Below, in pieces: positions 58,850 through 64,000 of a DNA stretch of 64,000 bases. Source of the DNA: Candidatus Latescibacterota bacterium (GTDB taxonomy: Bacteria; Latescibacterota; UBA2968); the NCBI GenBank assembly GCA_965204745.1, contig OZ242010.1, positions 2,272,001 to 2,336,000 of the forward strand. Direction: 5' to 3'. Within the stretch, counting starts at the first letter, position 1; each line of letters opens with the position of its first letter. A program made the position numbers and the translations under genes. Below the pieces are notes generated by a model. The model did no database searches. It worked only from the letters and a program-made list of their open reading frames with translations, and was not told the origin of the DNA.

Positions 58850-60424
58850 ATGCGCTTCTTCAACACTGCCGGCCCCACCAAGCCCGAAAAGCATTATTGC
58901 ATCCCACCGCTGGAACGCTTGGACATAGACGATGTACTCGCCCTGATCCGAGATGAAAAGTACTTCGTCCTGCACGCGCCCCGGCAGACGGGCAAGACCT
59001 CGGCTCTGCTGGCTCTGCGCGACTTGCTCAACGCCGAGGGCCTCTACCGTTGCGTGTACGTCAATGTCGAAGGTGGGCAAGCCATGCGCGAAGACGTGGA
59101 ACAAGTCATGCGTACCATTCTGGCAACATTGGCGTCTCGGGCGCGCTTGACCTTGGGCGACGAATTTTTGGGTAAAGTCTGGCCCGGCATTCTCGCTGAA
59201 GTCGGGCCGGGTGCCGCACTCCAAGAAACGTTGACGCGCTGGGCCGCGGCAGATGCGAAACCTTTGGTGCTACTCATCGACGAAATCGACGCGCTGATCG
59301 GAGACTCGCTCCTGTCCGTGTTGCGGCAGTTGCGGGCCGGCTACGATTTGCGTCCCGAGGAGTTTCCGCAAAGCGTGGTACTGTGCGGGATGCGCGATGT
59401 GCGCGATTATCGCATCCATTCCAGTTCTGCAAACGCGACCATCGCCGGGGGCAGTCCGTTTAACATCAAGGCGCGATCATTGCGCTTGGGCGACTTCTCG
59501 CAGGACGAGGTACAGACCCTGCTCGCACAACACACCGAGGAAACGGGTCAGGTGTTCACGCCAGACGCGCAGGAGATGATCTGGACGCAGACCCAAGGGC
59601 AACCGTGGCTGGTCAATGCCTTGGCGGATCAAGTCTGCTTCCGCGATGGCGCCGCCAATCGGCGCGATCCGGTCACTGCCGCCGCTATCATCGAGGCGAA
59701 AGAGCACCTCATCCTGCGCCGCGAGACGCATTTGGAACAGTTGACCGACAAGCTCAAAGAGGAGCGCGTGCAACGCGTCGTGGAACCGCTGTTGAGCGGG
59801 GCCGAGACACGCCACTTCACGGATCGAGATTTGGAGTATGTGCGCGATCTCGGTCTCGTGGCTCAGGATCGCCCCTTGCGTATCGCCAATCCGATCTACG
59901 CCGAGGTCGTCCCGCGCGAACTGACATGGGTGATCCAAGAGGAGTTCGATCAGGACACCGCTTGGTACGTCCATGCCGATGGCAGCTTGGATGTGGTCAA
60001 ATTGCTGACCGCGTTCCAGACCTTCTTCCGCGAACACGCCGAGCATTGGGTCGAGCGATTCGCGTATCGAGAGGCCGGCCCGCAACTGTTGCTTCAAGCG
60101 TTTTTGCAACGGATCATGAACAGCGGCGGGCGCATCGAGCGCGAGTATGGCTTGGGTCGCATGCGAACCGATCTGCTCATCATCTGGCCGCAGGGCGAGC
60201 GGACGCGCAAGTTCGTGATCGAGTGCAAAATCCTCCACAAGGGCTTGGATCAGACCATCGCCGCGGGGTTGTCACAGACCGCCGAGTATATGGATCGTTG
60301 CGATGCAGAAGCGGGTCATCTGGTAGTTTTCGACCGGCGCGATGGCAGGCGTTGGGAGGACAAGGTATTTCGAGATCGCCGGGCATCGGACAGCGGGGTA
60401 GAGATCGACATCTGGGGCATGTGA
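58850..60424 (+). CDS. AAA-like ATPase with PD-(D/E)xK-like domain, copy 2
   Basis: Near-identical paralogue of copy 1. Confidence 0.88.
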   Translation: MRFFNTAGPTKPEKHYCIPPLERLDIDDVLALIRDEKYFVLHAPRQTGKTSALLALRDLLNAEGLYRCVYVNVEGGQAMREDVEQVMRTILATLASRARLTLGDEFLGKVWPGILAEVGPGAALQETLTRWAAADAKPLVLLIDEIDALIGDSLLSVLRQLRAGYDLRPEEFPQSVVLCGMRDVRDYRIHSSSANATIAGGSPFNIKARSLRLGDFSQDEVQTLLAQHTEETGQVFTPDAQEMIWTQTQGQPWLVNALADQVCFRDGAANRRDPVTAAAIIEAKEHLILRRETHLEQLTDKLKEERVQRVVEPLLSGAETRHFTDRDLEYVRDLGLVAQDRPLRIANPIYAEVVPRELTWVIQEEFDQDTAWYVHADGSLDVVKLLTAFQTFFREHAEHWVERFAYREAGPQLLLQAFLQRIMNSGGRIEREYGLGRMRTDLLIIWPQGERTRKFVIECKILHKGLDQTIAAGLSQTAEYMDRCDAEAGHLVVFDRRDGRRWEDKVFRDRRASDSGVEIDIWGM

Positions 60425-60554
60425 GGCAAGCGGCGGCGGGGCAGGGCACGCACATGGCGGGGTTGGGTGAAGCAGGGGACGCACACGGGGCGGTGGTGGT
60501 GAGATGGGCACGCACGGGCAGACGGGCGGATAATCGGAACAGGAGACTTAAACC

Positions 60555-62126
60555 ATGCGCTTCTTCAACACAAGTGGGCCTGTCGTGGCCGCGGATCACT
60601 ACTGTATCCCACCCTTGGAACGGGTTGACCTCGCCGAGATTCGCAGACTCATCCGCGACAAACGCTACTTCGTCCTGCACGCGCCCCGGCAGACGGGCAA
60701 GACCTCGGCTCTGCTGGCTCTGCGCGACTTGCTCAACGCCGAGGGCCTCTACCGTTGCGTGTACGTCAATGTCGAAGGTGGGCAAGCCGCACGCGAAGAC
60801 GTGGAACAGGTCATGCGTACCATTTTGGCAGGTTTGGCGTCTCGGGCACGTTCAATCGGCGACGAATTTCTGGACGGGGTTTGGCTCGACATCTTGACCA
60901 AGTACGGGCCTCATGCTGCACTACAGGAGGCATTGACGCGCTGGGCAGCGTCAGATGCGAAACCTTTGGTGCTACTCATCGACGAAATCGACGCGCTGAT
61001 CGGGGACTCGCTTCTGTCCGTGTTGCGGCAGTTGCGATCTGGCTACGATTTGCGTCCCGAGGAGTTTCCGCAAAGCGTGGTACTGTGCGGGATGCGCGAT
61101 GTGCGCGATTACCGCATCCATTCCAGTTCTGCAAATGCCACCATCGCCGGGGGCAGTCCGTTTAACATCAAGGCGCGATCATTGCGCTTGGGCGACTTCT
61201 CGCAGGACGAGGTACAAGCCTTGCTCGACCAACACACCGAGGAAACGGGTCAGGTGTTCACGCCAGACGCGCAGAAGATGATCTGGACGCAAACCCAAGG
61301 GCAACCGTGGCTGGTCAATGCCTTGGCGGATCAAGCCTGCTTCCGCGATGGCGCCGCCAATCGGCGCGATCCGGTCACTGCCGCCGCCATCATCGAGGCG
61401 AAAGAGCACCTCATCCTGCGCCGCGAAACGCATTTGGAACAGTTGACCGACAAGCTCAAAGAGGAGCGCGTGCAGCGCGTCGTTGAACCGCTGTTGAGCG
61501 GGGCCGAGACACGCCACTTCACGGATCGGGATTTGGAGTATGTGCGCGATCTCGGGCTCGTGGCTCAGGATCGCCCCTTGCGTATCGCCAATCCGATCTA
61601 CGCCGAGGTCGTCCCGCGCGAACTGACATGGGTGATCCAAGAGGAGTTCGATCAGGACACCGCTTGGTACGTCCATGCCGATGGCAGCTTGGACGTGGTC
61701 AAATTGTTGACCGCGTTCCAGACCTTCTTCCGCGAACACGCCGAGCATTGGGTCGAGCGATTCGCATATCGAGAGGCCGGCCCGCAACTGTTGCTTCAAG
61801 CGTTTTTGCAACGGATCATGAACAGCGGCGGGCGCATCGAGCGCGAGTATGGCTTGGGTCGCATGCGAACCGATCTGCTCATCATCTGGCCGCAGGACGA
61901 GCGGACGCGCAAGTTCGTGATCGAGTGCAAAATCCTCCACAAGGGCTTGGATCAGACCATCGCCGCGGGGTTGTCACAGACCGCCGAGTATATGGATCGT
62001 TGCGATGCAGAAGCGGGTCATCTGGTGATTTTCGACCAGCGCGAGGGCAGACGTTGGGAGGACAAGGTATTTCGAGATCGCCGGGCATCGGACAGCGGGG
62101 TAGAGATCGACATCTGGGGGATGTAA
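60555..62126 (+). CDS. AAA-like ATPase with PD-(D/E)xK-like domain, copy 3
   Basis: Near-identical paralogue with a distinct N-terminal ~37 aa. Confidence 0.88.
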   Translation: MRFFNTSGPVVAADHYCIPPLERVDLAEIRRLIRDKRYFVLHAPRQTGKTSALLALRDLLNAEGLYRCVYVNVEGGQAAREDVEQVMRTILAGLASRARSIGDEFLDGVWLDILTKYGPHAALQEALTRWAASDAKPLVLLIDEIDALIGDSLLSVLRQLRSGYDLRPEEFPQSVVLCGMRDVRDYRIHSSSANATIAGGSPFNIKARSLRLGDFSQDEVQALLDQHTEETGQVFTPDAQKMIWTQTQGQPWLVNALADQACFRDGAANRRDPVTAAAIIEAKEHLILRRETHLEQLTDKLKEERVQRVVEPLLSGAETRHFTDRDLEYVRDLGLVAQDRPLRIANPIYAEVVPRELTWVIQEEFDQDTAWYVHADGSLDVVKLLTAFQTFFREHAEHWVERFAYREAGPQLLLQAFLQRIMNSGGRIEREYGLGRMRTDLLIIWPQDERTRKFVIECKILHKGLDQTIAAGLSQTAEYMDRCDAEAGHLVIFDQREGRRWEDKVFRDRRASDSGVEIDIWGM

Positions 62127-62192
62127 GTAAAGTCGGTGGTGGAGAGGCAGGGCACACATCAAAGGGCTTCGCGCAATGACGAGGAGGATATC

Positions 62193-63131
62193 ATGCCCAT
62201 GAAATCCGTTTATACGATAGCTGATTACAAAGAAAAAAGTCCCGTCGCCGTGGAGAAAAATGACGCCATCAAATCCGTGTATATGATGACCGATTTGGAA
62301 GGCGTGGCCGGGGTCGACGATTGGGACCCGAGGCACCGCGAGGATGCGACAACCGCAAAAGGCGTGTACGACCGCGCCGAAATGCAACGGTTGTTGACCG
62401 GCGAAGTGAACGCGGCGATCAGAGGGTTGTATCTCGCAGGCGTAGAAGAAGTGATCGTCAATGACGCCCATGGCGCGGGGCGCACGATTTTGTCAGAAGA
62501 TTTGGTTTCGATTGCGGGCGCGCATCCGTTTTCCGTGAAGTTGGTGCAAGGGGTCAATCGGCCGTGCTGGTTGCCGGGCTTGTCGCCGCGATGTGACGCG
62601 CTGCTCCAAGTGGGCATGCACGCCATGACCGGCACGCCCAATGGCTGCCTCGCGCATTCGATGAGCCGCGACGCGGTCTATCGCGTAAATGGCTCGGAAG
62701 TGGGCGAAATGGAAATGGCCGCGTACTTGTGTGGCCAACTCGGCGTTCCTTGGATCTTTACGTCGGGCGATCTGCACGCCTGCACCGAGTCCGAGCACTG
62801 GGTCGATGGCATCGTCACGGCGCCCGTGAAAGAGGGCTTGGGCGAATTGTGCGCCATCCACCTCTCGCCCATAGATGCGCGTACGCTCATTCACGACCGC
62901 GTCATCGACGCCATCGCAGCAACCCAAAATATCGCACCGCTCGTCGCCCAAGGCGATGTGGTGATGGAAGTCACACATCCCACCCCCGGTCGCCTCGCCG
63001 CACGCGAAGGCGTCGAGCGCGTGGATGACCACACCATCCGATGCACGGGCACCTCCTTCTGGGAGGTGTTCCACCGCGTCGTTTATGGCAAAGCTGATTT
63101 TCCAATACCCCAACAGGAGATTTCACCATGA
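62193..63131 (+). CDS. M55 family (DppA-like) D-aminopeptidase
   Basis: TDLEGVAGV, EVNAA, NDAHG, GMHA, LAHS, GE, SGD. Confidence 0.88.
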   Translation: MPMKSVYTIADYKEKSPVAVEKNDAIKSVYMMTDLEGVAGVDDWDPRHREDATTAKGVYDRAEMQRLLTGEVNAAIRGLYLAGVEEVIVNDAHGAGRTILSEDLVSIAGAHPFSVKLVQGVNRPCWLPGLSPRCDALLQVGMHAMTGTPNGCLAHSMSRDAVYRVNGSEVGEMEMAAYLCGQLGVPWIFTSGDLHACTESEHWVDGIVTAPVKEGLGELCAIHLSPIDARTLIHDRVIDAIAATQNIAPLVAQGDVVMEVTHPTPGRLAAREGVERVDDHTIRCTGTSFWEVFHRVVYGKADFPIPQQEISP

Positions 63132-63835
63132 ACGCGAAAATTGAGAAGCAATTTCGAGCGCCTTATGGCGCGCCCAACGGGTTGCAACTGACAGCCGAGG
63201 GCTTGTGGATCGTCGATCAAGCGACCGACCGCGTGGCATTGATGAGCATGGACGAAGCCGCGGACGATGATTACGGCACTCGGCGATTGTTGCGGGACAT
63301 TCCGTCCGAATCCTCGAATACCAGTGGCATGGCCGCAGGCGATGGCTCCTTGTGGCTGGCGGCCAATGGGCCGGGCAAACGCTGGCGCCTGCCGCGTGCA
63401 ACAGACGCGCTTCAAGGCGATGTTTTGCGCGTGGACCCCCAAACCGGAGCCACGCAAGGCCGTTGGGCATTGCCCACCGGCGGCGGCACGCACGGTATCG
63501 AATACGACGCGATTGAACCGGGCACGCTTTGGCTGACGACCTTGAAAGAACAGACCTTGACGCAGGTGCGGATTGACGATTGGGCCGTGTTGCACACAGT
63601 CAAACTCCCCTTGCCGCGCGCGCATGGGGTGGTGCGTCTGGACGAGGATGCGATTTGGGTGGTTCACACCGGGCATCGGGTCATCGTCAAATTGGATTTG
63701 GCGAGCAGTGCAGAACGCGACCGCATCGACGTGCCCGAACCGCATCCCGAACCCCATGGGCTGTCCGCGTGTGCGGATGGGTTCTTGTATTGCGACGCCA
63801 CCTCCGGCTGGGTGTCGAAAATCTCGTGTCGATAA
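63128..63835 (+). CDS. Beta-propeller protein (Vgb/glutaminyl-cyclase-like), function unknown
   Basis: Repeated PNGL/THGI/AHGV/PHGL..W blades; ATGA overlap with the M55 gene. Confidence 0.65.
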   Translation: MNAKIEKQFRAPYGAPNGLQLTAEGLWIVDQATDRVALMSMDEAADDDYGTRRLLRDIPSESSNTSGMAAGDGSLWLAANGPGKRWRLPRATDALQGDVLRVDPQTGATQGRWALPTGGGTHGIEYDAIEPGTLWLTTLKEQTLTQVRIDDWAVLHTVKLPLPRAHGVVRLDEDAIWVVHTGHRVIVKLDLASSAERDRIDVPEPHPEPHGLSACADGFLYCDATSGWVSKISCR

Positions 63836-63917
63836 TCGCCGCCGGCGCGACAAACTCATTCCCCGGCCCGCCGGGGTTTTTTTCTGTTGTCGCCAGCGGT
63901 TCAAGGGGACAGGCACT

Positions 63918-64000
63918 ATGTCTCGTTCACACGTCCAGCGAGCGATTCTCATTTTGTCAATCGCGCTGCTGATCTACCCGTTTGCCAATGCGCTGTTCGG
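63918..64000 (+). CDS. Start of a secreted or membrane protein (partial)
   Basis: AGGGGA RBS, MSRSHVQRAILILSIALLIYPFANALF, open to the window end. Confidence 0.5.
   Translation, partial: MSRSHVQRAILILSIALLIYPFANALF

Noticed and set aside
57139-62126. Diversity-generating retroelement acting on the AAA paralogues or the YWTD repeats
   Set aside because: No reverse transcriptase in the window; differences include indels and do not appear adenine-restricted.

Overview
A 64-kb, GC-rich bacterial chromosome segment. The TonB receptor implies a diderm. The sulfatases, PhyH dioxygenases, PQQ-like propellers, DUF6785 and a YWTD-repeat protein suggest a Latescibacterota/Poribacteria-like, possibly sponge-associated lineage; this is an inference. 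Minus-strand left half: redoxin-cytochrome c gene (partial), parB, parA, a frameshifted DUF4065 antitoxin (on the plus strand), ppdK and a TonB-dependent receptor. These are followed by an uncharacterised enzymatic cluster with four secreted PQQ-like beta-propellers, an EhpF/GriC-like adenylating protein, a GriD-like aldehyde dehydrogenase, an Fe-ADH and a HemN-like radical SAM enzyme. The cluster is split by a 3.6-kb nested stack of mobile DNA: a MITE, an IS701, a DUF3858 fragment, and a hypervariable YWTD-repeat gene lying between an IS607 tnpA 5' stub and a tnpB 3' stub with its right end. Plus-strand right half: PhyH, a DUF6785 / M28-FtsX / OPT-like membrane trio, catabolic enzymes, a type IIG R-M gene with a divergent 40-aa duplication, an AAA+PIN pair, an RND pump, a sulfatase preceded by about 28 heptamer repeats, an orphan hsdS, three tandem AAA-PD-(D/E)xK paralogues with one hypervariable segment, and an M55 peptidase. 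Intergenic spaces are full of REP-like, heptameric and MITE repeats. No rRNA, tRNA or CRISPR array was seen. All family calls come from motif recognition by eye; no database search was run.
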